Positions 46,219 to 56,132 of a stretch of 64,000 nt of DNA are shown piece after piece. This stretch comes from Patescibacteria group bacterium (GTDB lineage Bacteria; Patescibacteriota; Microgenomatia; UBA1406; GWC2-37-13), in assembly GCA_023381015.1 (NCBI GenBank), contig JAMCTE010000016.1, positions 46,071 to 110,070 on the forward strand, given 5' to 3'. Each line of letters starts with the position of its first letter. The first letter of the stretch is position 1. The notes below the pieces were generated by a model. That model made no database searches. It had not been told where the DNA came from and was given only the letters and a program-made list of their open reading frames with translations. The position numbers and the translations under genes were made by a program.

Positions 46219-47721
46219 TTATCTTTTGTAAACTATTTTTCTTAAGTTCTCTAATAAATTAGCAATGATTTGCGGGTAATTTTTAAATACGTTATCTTGT
46301 TCTTGAGGATCTTTGTCTAAATTGTACAATTCATATTCATTATGGAGACTATTGGCGTCATTTTTTACATATAATTTCCAATTTCCATATCTTATGGTAT
46401 CGACATTTAAACCTTCGCTAATAACATAGTTGTCTTTTGTAGCATTTTTCTTGCCCAAAAGCTGGCTTGCTAAACTTTTTCCGTCTATAGACACATCCTT
46501 TGATTGATATATCCCCAACAAATCTAATACCGTCGGATAGATGTCAACGCTTTGAACAGTATTATTGATAACTTTGTAGCTGAGGAAAGGAATACGCACT
46601 ATTAATGGAACAGATGTAGTTGTATTATATAATTGGTCCTCCGGATGCAAAAAATAACCATGCTCCATGAATTCTTCTCCGTGGTCGGAGGTAATTATTA
46701 AGATTGTGTTATTCTTGAATTCTTTGGAATCAATAAAGCTGAATATTTGTTTTAGATTTGAATCTAAATAATAAATCATTTCGTCATAAATCGCTTCGAC
46801 ATAAGAAGAATTATTTCTAGACAAAAGACTTTCATAATAATCTCTAAAATATTTTACTTTATCATCAAATGAAACAAGTTGATTAAATATCAAAGACTTG
46901 CTGTAAAGATCTTTTGATGCCTGTAACTTTGCAATTAAATCCTGTCTCTTTGAAAACGAGTTGATTATATGATAGTGACTTTTGTCGCTAGTTAACCGAC
47001 TCATAAGAAAATCATAAAATTCCTGAGAAAATTTACTATAATCCTCATATCTTGTTGGTATGTCGGATGCGTTTTCATTTGTAAATAAACGTTTGCTGTT
47101 AGAACTTGCAACATTGCCTACAATATAAGGATCGTGAACCCAATAAGTGTGCAAAAACAAAAAGGTTTTTTTACCCTGTTTTGAGTTTTTTACTAATTCA
47201 TCGATGCCTTCCGACCAACCGACCGTATATTGAGGGTTATAGATTATCTCATCAAAACCTCTTCCTAAACCTTTGTTTAAAGGCAATGAGGGATCTTTTG
47301 TTGGGCCATCCCATATGGTAACGTAACCATTATCTTTCAAAATTTGCGTTAATGTGGGAATCTTTTTACTTAAAGAGTCGGTAGTCAATTCAACTCCATG
47401 ATGCTTCGGATAAAGGCCAGTAAATATTGAAAAATGACTAGGCAAGGTCCAACCGGCGTTCGAATAGGCGTTTCTGAAAAAAATGTTCTCGCTGGCAAAC
47501 TTACACAAGTTAGGAGCGGTATTTCGATCGTAACCGTAACAAGGCAGATGATTGGCGCCCAAGGTATCAAGGGATATTAAAATGACATTACAATCCTTAC
47601 AGATCGGCCTGATAAAAAAAGATTTTAAATCAATATGAAATATTGTTAAACCAAGATAAATGACAATCAAAAGGAGACAAAAATTGACCAAAACGATTGG
47701 TTTTTTGAAAAAATTTGCCAT
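46219..47721 (-). CDS. Sulfatase-like protein (tandem copy 1)
   Basis: NVILISLDTL, WTLPSHFSIFTG, SDHGEEF, ELYNL..DP.E. Confidence 0.88.
   Translation of the reverse strand: MANFFKKPIVLVNFCLLLIVIYLGLTIFHIDLKSFFIRPICKDCNVILISLDTLGANHLPCYGYDRNTAPNLCKFASENIFFRNAYSNAGWTLPSHFSIFTGLYPKHHGVELTTDSLSKKIPTLTQILKDNGYVTIWDGPTKDPSLPLNKGLGRGFDEIIYNPQYTVGWSEGIDELVKNSKQGKKTFLFLHTYWVHDPYIVGNVASSNSKRLFTNENASDIPTRYEDYSKFSQEFYDFLMSRLTSDKSHYHIINSFSKRQDLIAKLQASKDLYSKSLIFNQLVSFDDKVKYFRDYYESLLSRNNSSYVEAIYDEMIYYLDSNLKQIFSFIDSKEFKNNTILIITSDHGEEFMEHGYFLHPEDQLYNTTTSVPLIVRIPFLSYKVINNTVQSVDIYPTVLDLLGIYQSKDVSIDGKSLASQLLGKKNATKDNYVISEGLNVDTIRYGNWKLYVKNDANSLHNEYELYNLDKDPQEQDNVFKNYPQIIANLLENLRKIVYKR
47486..47716. repeat. 231-bp direct repeat, copy 2
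   Basis: Appears identical by eye to 45974-46204. Confidence 0.85.
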
Positions 47722-47739
47722 AACTGTTACTATATCAGT

Positions 47740-48327
47740 ATGAAATTAAAAGTATTTTTTATTATAACAATATTACTGTTGGTATTTATTGTTCTTTTTG
47801 GGCGAATTAAAAGCTGCAAACAACTCTCTTGCCTTACCATGACCAACTTGAATACTTTCAAAATAAAAAACATTTACCAAGAAGATAAAAATGACTTCAG
47901 GGCTCTTTATTCAAGTAAAGATGACTTGTTAAGAGTCGAGGTCAAATCAAACATTGACCAGGCAACCGCCGACCAGTATATAACCGCGAACATCGCCCAA
48001 ATCAAAGGGCTTTTTACCGATGCTTTGGCCCCTTATCCAGGAGTCGTTTCCGACACTGTCAGCTGCGGCCAAAAATATCAGCCGACTTTCGGGCAAACCA
48101 CTAACAAGGACGGTTTGGAAATAAACTACCTTATTGCCTATTTAAATACCAATTTGACCTATGGATCTTGTAATGACGCCCAAATCGTCTATAAAGGCTT
48201 TGCCGCCTATTTTTACTGCCCAAAAAACAAGCAAGCCTTTCATTTGGAATTGATCGTCCCGAGAAAGACTTTTGAATCCTCTCCTAAAACTTATGAAGAT
48301 CTGTTAAAAACAATCAAGTGTAATTAA
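47740..48327 (+). CDS. Hypothetical secreted/membrane-anchored protein
   Basis: N-terminal hydrophobic segment, six Cys. Confidence 0.6.
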   Translation: MKLKVFFIITILLLVFIVLFGRIKSCKQLSCLTMTNLNTFKIKNIYQEDKNDFRALYSSKDDLLRVEVKSNIDQATADQYITANIAQIKGLFTDALAPYPGVVSDTVSCGQKYQPTFGQTTNKDGLEINYLIAYLNTNLTYGSCNDAQIVYKGFAAYFYCPKNKQAFHLELIVPRKTFESSPKTYEDLLKTIKCN

Positions 48328-48336
48328 GGCCTCGCC

Positions 48337-50331
48337 TTACTTAAATATCGAAAGCAGAGGTTTGCCTTGGACAAAGCTCGGAATTTTTTCTCCCAGTGCC
48401 TTCATGATCGTCGGATACTGTTGGATGTGGGTGATCGGAGTGTCGCCAATAAAGTTGTTCTTTTTGATTCCCGGCCCGGCAATCATGAAAGGCGTCCACA
48501 TCCCCGGAACGTTAGGATCAACCGCCTGTTTATAGCCCCCGTCTATTTCCGGAGAAACAAAAATATTCAAGTCGTTCGACATATCTTCGCTCCAACCATA
48601 ACCCGGATAGTTGGCAATCACCAGGTCGCCGGCACGATTCGGGTCTAAATTCAGCTCTTTGCCGACGTCTTCCCATTTGGTGATGTCAACTACCGGCTTG
48701 ACGCCGTTTTCATCCTGTAGGCTCAACAAAGCATCGATCACTTGCTGCCGAAGCTGCTCGTACGCTGGTCCTGAAGCTCTCTCGTAATTTCCGGCCAGTC
48801 CATTAGGATTAATATAGACGTGAGCCATCTTAAGGTAAATTACCGTTGAGTGGGCCCAGTCGACTATGGGCTCGCCGGTTTTCGGATCGATGGTAAACTT
48901 CAACCAGCCTTTTTGGGCAAAAAAATTGTTGAGATTGACGTATCGATTGAGAGGAATATTGCCGTGGTCCGAGCTGAAAACGATATAAGTATTGCTCCCA
49001 GCATGTTTTATAATCTCTCCGATCATGTTGTCCAGTTTTCTATACATGTCAAATACTTCGTCGCTGGCTTCTTTTTTCTGTGCGGCGCTGGCTGTTTTGT
49101 AGAGCAAGCTTTTCGGGTCAAAATAAGGCATCAGGTACTGGGACGTCAACATTTGATTGGGAGTATAGATATCGTGGATGACGACGTTCGGATGGAATTG
49201 ATCAACCAGAGCTCCAATCGCCTTGGTGTGCCAGTCAAAAGACATCGCCGCCTCGTCCATGAAAATTTTCTTGTCTTCGGGGTAGTAGCCCAGCTGGAAC
49301 GGGAAGTTGTCGACGAAATCGACCATTGGCCCGGCGGCCTTGGTCATGATGTCAGCGCTCTCGGGCGGAAAAGCAATGTATTGGTTGAGGTTGTTGTAGA
49401 AAAGCCTGATCCGGTAGAATCCGCTGTTGTCTATTTTAATGACGGCGGCTTTGACGTCTGAATTGACGTTGATGGTAGAGTTTCCTGATTTCCACTTCAG
49501 GGTAATCGGCTCCCAACTGGTCCAGTTGCCAGGAGTAATGTCAGCAAAAATGGTTTTTTTGTCTTTGGAAAAGGCAACCCGGTCATAGTTTGTTTTATGG
49601 TCGTTGGTCGAATCGTAAATATACGCATAAACCGGCGTTCCCCAACCGACCATCGTCACTTCGTTGGCGGGAGAATAGCTTTTTGGAGGCTTTTCCCAAC
49701 CTTGAGCGGGCTGAGCGTCAATATACTGAGTCAGCGGTGCGCCGGCATAAAACAGCTTTGCAGCCAGACCCTGCTTGATTCTCTGGACGAGATCTCCTTT
49801 GGTCTCAAAGTTTAGGGCGAAAAAGTCAGCTCCCCAGCCACCCCAGCGGCCACGCAATACCACGCCTTTATTGATCTCCGGCGGCGTCGAACCGGGAACA
49901 GATAGGATGGCCACTTTCATTCCAGCGTCCTCAAGAGTTTTCCAGATTGCCGGTACCTTCCTCGAAGTCGACCTGAATCCGGGAACGGTGATCTTATCGA
50001 GCGGTTGCCCGATGGTGTGCATTGGTCCGTCGTCTATGCCATGAACTTCGGGCAGCGAACCGGTCAACAAAGTAGCAAAGTTAACCGGGGTGTGGCTCGG
50101 AAAAGTCGGTTTGGAAAAACCATAGCTTCCCATCGTCATCAATTTTTTAATATTGGGCAATTTACCCTCGTTGGCCCATTTGTAGATATTAAAAAGACCG
50201 GGCTCGGCACGAGTCCCGTCGGGGATAAACCAGTAAAGCTTTAGGTTGTTTTTTACGTCGTTTTGATAGGTCTGAAAACCAAACCAACCGATAATAAGAA
50301 GAATTAAAATGACCAAGCCGAACTTTTTCAT
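48337..50331 (-). CDS. Type I phosphodiesterase / nucleotide pyrophosphatase (AlkP superfamily)
   Basis: IPDG, GKLPNI, PSHTPVNFATLLTG, SSDHG. Confidence 0.8.
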   Translation of the reverse strand: MKKFGLVILILLIIGWFGFQTYQNDVKNNLKLYWFIPDGTRAEPGLFNIYKWANEGKLPNIKKLMTMGSYGFSKPTFPSHTPVNFATLLTGSLPEVHGIDDGPMHTIGQPLDKITVPGFRSTSRKVPAIWKTLEDAGMKVAILSVPGSTPPEINKGVVLRGRWGGWGADFFALNFETKGDLVQRIKQGLAAKLFYAGAPLTQYIDAQPAQGWEKPPKSYSPANEVTMVGWGTPVYAYIYDSTNDHKTNYDRVAFSKDKKTIFADITPGNWTSWEPITLKWKSGNSTINVNSDVKAAVIKIDNSGFYRIRLFYNNLNQYIAFPPESADIMTKAAGPMVDFVDNFPFQLGYYPEDKKIFMDEAAMSFDWHTKAIGALVDQFHPNVVIHDIYTPNQMLTSQYLMPYFDPKSLLYKTASAAQKKEASDEVFDMYRKLDNMIGEIIKHAGSNTYIVFSSDHGNIPLNRYVNLNNFFAQKGWLKFTIDPKTGEPIVDWAHSTVIYLKMAHVYINPNGLAGNYERASGPAYEQLRQQVIDALLSLQDENGVKPVVDITKWEDVGKELNLDPNRAGDLVIANYPGYGWSEDMSNDLNIFVSPEIDGGYKQAVDPNVPGMWTPFMIAGPGIKKNNFIGDTPITHIQQYPTIMKALGEKIPSFVQGKPLLSIFK

Positions 50332-50432
50332 TTACTTAATGATAACAAAAAATTTTCTTTGTCAACGACTGATTCACCTGGAAAATATGAATATATTTAT
50401 TTTTCCAACACCTCACTATATAATGATTGCTT

Positions 50433-51296
50433 ATGAACTGGTTATTGGCAAGCCTTGTCATGTTCGTTTCCTCTATTGTTTATTATTTGATTACAAAAAA
50501 GGCGCAGGTAAACAAAATCGAAAGTAAACTCTACTTGGTAGTCAATTTTTCGATTCCCGCATTGCTTTATTTTCTTCTCTGCAAACTCAACCACGTTAAT
50601 GTTTTTATTGACTGGAAATTTCTGGGAGAGATTTTTTTGATCGCCCTATTCCTAAACTATGTCGGCTCGACTTTTTCTTATTTTGCCATGATCGAAGCTC
50701 CGAACGCCGGCTACAGCGTCGTCGTCCAGAAAAGTTATGCCATCTTCACCAGCGTCGCCGCCATCTATCTGTTCCGCTCTACTTTGACGATAAAAAATTA
50801 TCTGGCGATCTTGACGATCATATTTTTTACCGCTTTACTGACGATCGACCCGAAAGCGAAAATCAGTTTCAAAAACTATAAGTGGGTTGTTTATTCTTTG
50901 ATTGCTTTCTTCTGTTTTGGTTTTTTAAGGTTGGGCAATAAACTGGTTATCTCGGCCGGCGTACCGACCATGGCATTTCTTTTTTGGTCGATGGTATTCA
51001 GCGCTATCATCTGTGCAGTCGATCTCATCGTCCACAAAAAATCCATCAAGACCAAACTGACCCAGGAAAATGTTTTGATTCTGATAGGAATCGGGGTCGC
51101 CGTCTCGGCTTTTTATTACTTTCTTCAGGTTGCCGACGTCACCGCTCCAAATATCGGTTATTCTAACGCCATTAACACTGCTTCAAACGCATTCTACACA
51201 GTCTTAGTCGCCCTAATCTTCAAAGATCATCTGTCTTGGAAAAAATTTCTCGCCGTCCTAGGAGTCACTGCCGGACTAATTTTGCTAGTCGTATAA
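50433..51296 (+). CDS. EamA/DMT-family transporter
   Basis: Ten TMs in two repeats (APNAGYS / APNIGYS). Confidence 0.8.
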   Translation: MNWLLASLVMFVSSIVYYLITKKAQVNKIESKLYLVVNFSIPALLYFLLCKLNHVNVFIDWKFLGEIFLIALFLNYVGSTFSYFAMIEAPNAGYSVVVQKSYAIFTSVAAIYLFRSTLTIKNYLAILTIIFFTALLTIDPKAKISFKNYKWVVYSLIAFFCFGFLRLGNKLVISAGVPTMAFLFWSMVFSAIICAVDLIVHKKSIKTKLTQENVLILIGIGVAVSAFYYFLQVADVTAPNIGYSNAINTASNAFYTVLVALIFKDHLSWKKFLAVLGVTAGLILLVV

Positions 51297-51331
51297 ACTT
51301 TGATTAATCAAAGTAGTATAATTTGTTGCGT

Positions 51332-51478
51332 ATGAGTGACCAAAACAAATCAGACGAGGAAAAAAAGAAAGAAGAAGACTACGAACTGCGAATAGACGAC
51401 GCCTGTCAAAGAGGTGTCGTTAAAGTACCTAAAGACAAAGAAAAAAAAGACCGGCCTCCTGATTGGAGCTGGGTCTAG
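51332..51478 (+). CDS. Small 48-aa hypothetical protein
   Basis: Hand-translated MSDQNKSDEEKKKEEDYELRIDDACQRGVVKVPKDKEKKDRPPDWSWV; TATAAT at 51317-51322; fills the intergenic gap. Confidence 0.5.
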   Translation: MSDQNKSDEEKKKEEDYELRIDDACQRGVVKVPKDKEKKDRPPDWSWV

Positions 51479-51494
51479 TGATATAATTTAGTTC

Positions 51495-53273
51495 ATGACT
51501 CGCTTCAGAAATATCCTCAAAAATCTTTATCTCCTTATCGGTATTGCCTGGGAAGAAGACAGGGCTCTTCTGACCGGATATTTCTTGACTGCTTTTATCT
51601 CGGTTATCTTGATGTTTATTGTTTACTTCTTCTATAAAGTCATGATCGACCAGGTATTTAAAGACATTACTTCTTCGCAATCGACGATCTTGTTTTTCGT
51701 CATCATCGGCTATCTTATGGTCGATTATCTTTCCCGCTTTGTCACCAACACCCTGAACTCTTTTTATTTTGAATTCCTGGTCAGGTCAAAATTCCAAAAC
51801 GTCTTGACGAGAAAATTCATGGAAAAACTTGCCAAACTCGATTTTGCCAACCTTGAGGACGGTAAAGTCCGCAATTTGATCGCCAAGGTTTCCGATACCT
51901 TTACCTGGAGAATCCACGCCAATCTACAGATGGTCAATGCCATCTTATTCAATCTGGCTGCCATTTTGGTTTCTTTTGTCGTCGCCTATCGGTTGGGTTA
52001 TGGTTATTTTATCGTCCTTTTTGTCTTTGCAACGCCGTTATACTTTATCCGCGCCAAATACGGCAACATCCAGTGGTCAATCTATTCGACCCAGTCAGAT
52101 AAAATCAATTATCTTTGGTATCTTCGATATCTGTTTACCGAATTCCCGACCCTGTCGGAAATCAAAATCTACGGTCTGAAAGATTACTTTTTGAAAAAGG
52201 CTAAAATCATCCAAAACGACATCGTCGACCAATACAAAAAACCGATCATCAAACAAACGATTGTTTCCTCGTTGGTTTCCCTGGCATTACCTCTAATAAT
52301 ATTCTTTGCTCTACGCAGTTTCACCGTCGACATCATCAACAAAAAACACACTTTGGGCGACTTCACTTTTTTCCTCAATATTCTTTATACTTTTGTCGGA
52401 CAGATTTCCGGATTGTTGATCAACTTTGGCGTCGTCTACGAAAACAACCTCTATGTCGACGATTTCTTTAAACTGCAAAAACTGGAAAATAAAATCACGG
52501 AAAAAAAGAAAGCACTAACCTTAAAATCTCCTCCCAAGGAAATAGAATTCGTCGACGTCAGTTTCAAATATCCTGATTCTGATTCTTTTGCTTTGAAAAA
52601 CGTTAGCTTAAAAATAAAAAAAGGCGAAGACATTGCCATTGTCGGACACAACGGCGCCGGCAAAACTACTTTGATCAAACTGCTTTTCCGTTTTTACGAC
52701 CCGACCCGGGGAACGATTCTTGTTGACGGCAAAAACCTGAAAGACTTCGACATCGACAATTGGTACAAACAGCTAGCGGTACTATTCCAAGATTTTGCCA
52801 AATACAACCTGAGCCTTAAGGAAAACATCGAGCTTGGCAAGATTGACAAAAAAGAAAATATCCATGATTATCTTGTTCAAGCCCAAGGCAAGGAATTATT
52901 TCAACTAAAGAAAGGCGCCGATCAAATCTTGGGAAGCTGGTTTGAAACCGGCGAAGAGATTTCTATCGGCCAGTGGCAAAAAGTAGCCATCGCCAGGGCG
53001 CTTTATCGCAATGCCTCGATTCTCATCCTTGACGAACCAACTTCCAATATTGATCCTCAGGCCGAATTTGAAATTTTCAACAATTTAAAAAATCTCTACA
53101 GAAACAAGAATTTGATTTTCATCTCCCACCGGTTTTCGACGGTGCGCATGGCCGATCAGATCTACGTCTTGGAAAAAGGCCGGTTGATCGAACAAGGAAC
53201 TCACGAAGAGCTTTTGAAAAAAAATAATTTATACGCTAAGTTTTTTAACATCCAAAAAAAAGGCTATGAATAA
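51495..53273 (+). CDS. ABC exporter, fused permease/ATPase
   Basis: GHNGAGKTT, SIGQWQ signature variant, ILDEPT, ISHRFST. Confidence 0.92.
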   Translation: MTRFRNILKNLYLLIGIAWEEDRALLTGYFLTAFISVILMFIVYFFYKVMIDQVFKDITSSQSTILFFVIIGYLMVDYLSRFVTNTLNSFYFEFLVRSKFQNVLTRKFMEKLAKLDFANLEDGKVRNLIAKVSDTFTWRIHANLQMVNAILFNLAAILVSFVVAYRLGYGYFIVLFVFATPLYFIRAKYGNIQWSIYSTQSDKINYLWYLRYLFTEFPTLSEIKIYGLKDYFLKKAKIIQNDIVDQYKKPIIKQTIVSSLVSLALPLIIFFALRSFTVDIINKKHTLGDFTFFLNILYTFVGQISGLLINFGVVYENNLYVDDFFKLQKLENKITEKKKALTLKSPPKEIEFVDVSFKYPDSDSFALKNVSLKIKKGEDIAIVGHNGAGKTTLIKLLFRFYDPTRGTILVDGKNLKDFDIDNWYKQLAVLFQDFAKYNLSLKENIELGKIDKKENIHDYLVQAQGKELFQLKKGADQILGSWFETGEEISIGQWQKVAIARALYRNASILILDEPTSNIDPQAEFEIFNNLKNLYRNKNLIFISHRFSTVRMADQIYVLEKGRLIEQGTHEELLKKNNLYAKFFNIQKKGYE

Positions 53274-54471
53274 CAAAATCTCAAATGGCAAATCTCAAAT
53301 GGCAAATCTATTAGTTGTTCTTATCTTTTCCGTTTGGAAGTTGATCGACGTCTGGTCGTTATTTATCTTGCAAAAAATCATTCCCTTTGCCGGCTTTTTT
53401 CCTTATAACCGCGAACTGTATGATTTCGGCCTGCCGCACGTCACTTCGGCTTTCGCCAACTTCGATGGAATCCATTACCTATTGATCGCGCACCGGGGCA
53501 ACTATGCCCAGTGGGAACAGGCATTTTTTCCCTTATATCCAATAGCAATTAGGGTATTCAGCTTTTTTTTCCACAATGAACTCATTGGTGGATTGATTAT
53601 TGCCAATCTGGCTTTTGTTGTTGGTTTAGTTATGTCCATAAAGTTATTCAAATGGAAAACTTTACATGACCAATATTGGTGGTTGATTTTTCTCTTGGTT
53701 TTTCCCACTTCGTTCTTTTTTGGCGCTGCTTATACCGAAGGATTATTTTTCTTGCTATTTATACTGACTCTCTACTTCCTAAAAAAAGAAAAATACTGGT
53801 TGGTCGGATTGTTTGCCGTTTTTGCTTCCTTGACAAGACTAATCGGAGTATTCTTGATTATTCCGATCGCTCTTCATCTATTCAAGCAGTATCAAGAATC
53901 AAAAATTAAATCTAAGAATTATATATTCAACAGTAAAAATCTTTTGCTGTTTAGCCCCATATTAGGACTGTCAATTTATTGTTTTTATCTCCTAAAAACT
54001 ACCGGCGATCCTTTATTTTTTCTTACCTCTCAACCAGTATTTGGCGCCAACCGGTCAACTCATTTGATCTTTCTCCCCCAGGTAGTTTGGCGTTATATAA
54101 AAATATTTATTACGGCGGCCCATAATTTTCAATTTTACGTTTCCATTTTTGAATTCTTGGTTTTTTTTCTGGTCTTTGCAGTTTTGGTTTTAGATTTATT
54201 AAAAAATTTTGATTTGAATAAAAATTCAAAAATAAAAATTAAAAATTTTGACCGGTTAGGTTTAAATCTTTTCTCTTTCGCCAACCTCATCCTCCCGACT
54301 TTGACCGGTACTTTTTCATCAATTCCCAGATACGCTCTTTTCTCATTATCTTTTTTCCTGTTTCTTGCCGAAGTGAAAAATAGACGGATTAAGACCGTTA
54401 TTGCTTTAGTTTTTTTTGTTGTCCATATTCTGATTTTAGGGTTATTCTGTCAGGGATACTTTATAAGCTAA
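53266..54471 (+). CDS. PIG-V-like (GT-C) mannosyltransferase
   Basis: NFDGIHYL.IA, AFFPLYP, FPTSFFF.A.YTEGLF, SIPRY. Confidence 0.8.
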   Translation: MNNKISNGKSQMANLLVVLIFSVWKLIDVWSLFILQKIIPFAGFFPYNRELYDFGLPHVTSAFANFDGIHYLLIAHRGNYAQWEQAFFPLYPIAIRVFSFFFHNELIGGLIIANLAFVVGLVMSIKLFKWKTLHDQYWWLIFLLVFPTSFFFGAAYTEGLFFLLFILTLYFLKKEKYWLVGLFAVFASLTRLIGVFLIIPIALHLFKQYQESKIKSKNYIFNSKNLLLFSPILGLSIYCFYLLKTTGDPLFFLTSQPVFGANRSTHLIFLPQVVWRYIKIFITAAHNFQFYVSIFEFLVFFLVFAVLVLDLLKNFDLNKNSKIKIKNFDRLGLNLFSFANLILPTLTGTFSSIPRYALFSLSFFLFLAEVKNRRIKTVIALVFFVVHILILGLFCQGYFIS

Positions 54472-54472
54472 C

Positions 54473-56098
54473 ATGAACAAACTAACCTATTTTCAACGGG
54501 GAGATTCCAAAGGGATGGGATTTTCCAATGGTCAGGACCGCTTTGGCGAAATCGCCTTTTTTGGTTTTTTGATTGTTGTTGGATTTTTTGTCACCCTTTT
54601 GTTTCTTCGTTTGTTTCAACTAACTATTGTCAAAGGCGAATACTACCGAACCCTCTCTGAAAATAATAGGATTAAGGAAATATTGATCGAACCAAAACGA
54701 GGGGAAATCCTGGATCGTAAAGGTTTTGTTGTCGCCAAGAACTTGGATCCACAGATCGAAGAAAGTTTTGATCAGATCAAAAAAGACGGCGGGAGAATTA
54801 TTTCCAAAAGGGTCTACGAAACCCCCGAAGCCATCGCCCCTTTGGTAGGCTATCGCCAATTGGCTGACGCCAACGATCTAAAAAATGATGACTGCTTATT
54901 TAAACTGCAACCCGGCGATAAGGTCGGAAAAAAAGGCGCCGAAAAAATATTCAACTGCGCTCTAAAAGGGCAGCCTGGAAAAAAACTCATCGAGGTCGAT
55001 GCTAAAGGCAAGTATCTACGAACAATTACGGTTATTCCTCCGATTGACGGTCAAAACATCCAGATGTCTTTCGACTGGGAATTACAAAAAAAGGCTTATC
55101 AACTGCTTCAAGGAAAAAAAGGCGCCATTATCGCAACCGATCCAAAAACCGGAGAGGTTTTAGCCCTAGCTTCTTCACCTTCTTTTAATCCCCAAGATTT
55201 CGAGGACGGCAATGACGTTGGCAAATATTTTCTGGATAAGAATCAACCCCTCTTTAACCGGGTTACCGAAGGCACTTACCCGCCGGGCTCTCTTTTTAAA
55301 CTGATTGTCGCCACGGCGGCTTTGGAGGAAAAAGCCATCGATGAAAAAACCCAGTTTGAGGATAAAGGAATAATTCACGCTGGATCTTTGACATTCGGCA
55401 ACTGGTATTATCTTGAATACGGCAAAACCGAAGGCATGGTCGATATTGTCAAAGCTATCAAAAGATCTAATGATATCTTCTTCTACGAAGCCGGCGCAAA
55501 AACTGGCGTCGATAAAATCAAGAAATGGTCTGACATCTACGGCTTGGGACAAAAAACGGGCATCGGCTTGGAAGAAAATGAAGGTTTGGTTCCCTCACCG
55601 TTTTGGAAAGAAGCGACTCTCCACGACCAGTGGTATACTGGTGACACCTATAACTTTTCGATCGGTCAGGGATATCTCGGCGTCACTCCTATCCAGATGA
55701 ACCAAGTGACATCGACGATCGCCAACAACGGCGTCCAGTGCCAACCTCAGCTACTGAAAGATGCCAAACCCAACTGCCATAAACTGCCAATTTCGCAAAA
55801 AACCCTGGACTTAATAAAAGAAGGGATGAAAGAAGCTTGCACCACCGGAGGTACCGGTTGGCCACTTTTCGATTTTAAAACCAAAAATGGCCCGATACAA
55901 ACTTCATGTAAAACCGGAACGGCCGAGTCGACCCAAGCCCAATCAGGACTGCCTCACGCATGGATTACCGACTATGCTCCCTCGAGTAATCCGCAAATTG
56001 CCGTTACGGTTCTTGTTGAAAACGGCGGACAGGGATCTGACGTCGCCGGGCCGATCGCCAAAGAGCTTCTGAAGACTTATTTTGAACGCAGCCAGTAA
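54473..56098 (+). CDS. mrdA: Penicillin-binding protein 2-like transpeptidase
   Basis: PGSLFK (SxxK), SNDIFFY (SxD), KTGTA, N-terminal TM and dimerisation domain. Confidence 0.8.
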   Translation: MNKLTYFQRGDSKGMGFSNGQDRFGEIAFFGFLIVVGFFVTLLFLRLFQLTIVKGEYYRTLSENNRIKEILIEPKRGEILDRKGFVVAKNLDPQIEESFDQIKKDGGRIISKRVYETPEAIAPLVGYRQLADANDLKNDDCLFKLQPGDKVGKKGAEKIFNCALKGQPGKKLIEVDAKGKYLRTITVIPPIDGQNIQMSFDWELQKKAYQLLQGKKGAIIATDPKTGEVLALASSPSFNPQDFEDGNDVGKYFLDKNQPLFNRVTEGTYPPGSLFKLIVATAALEEKAIDEKTQFEDKGIIHAGSLTFGNWYYLEYGKTEGMVDIVKAIKRSNDIFFYEAGAKTGVDKIKKWSDIYGLGQKTGIGLEENEGLVPSPFWKEATLHDQWYTGDTYNFSIGQGYLGVTPIQMNQVTSTIANNGVQCQPQLLKDAKPNCHKLPISQKTLDLIKEGMKEACTTGGTGWPLFDFKTKNGPIQTSCKTGTAESTQAQSGLPHAWITDYAPSSNPQIAVTVLVENGGQGSDVAGPIAKELLKTYFERSQ

Positions 56099-56132
56099 AA
56101 ATAACAAATCTGCAAACAAATATACGAGTCGT

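Noticed and set aside
45974-47716. IS or prophage att repeats near tRNA-Pro
   Set aside because: The repeats are coding 5' ends of paralogs; no transposase, integrase or duplicated tRNA end found.
48367-50244. Several plus-strand ORFs up to 203 aa
   Set aside because: Antisense shadows of the GC-richer phosphodiesterase gene with no motifs; the same applies to shadows over gat, ilv and the ATPase.
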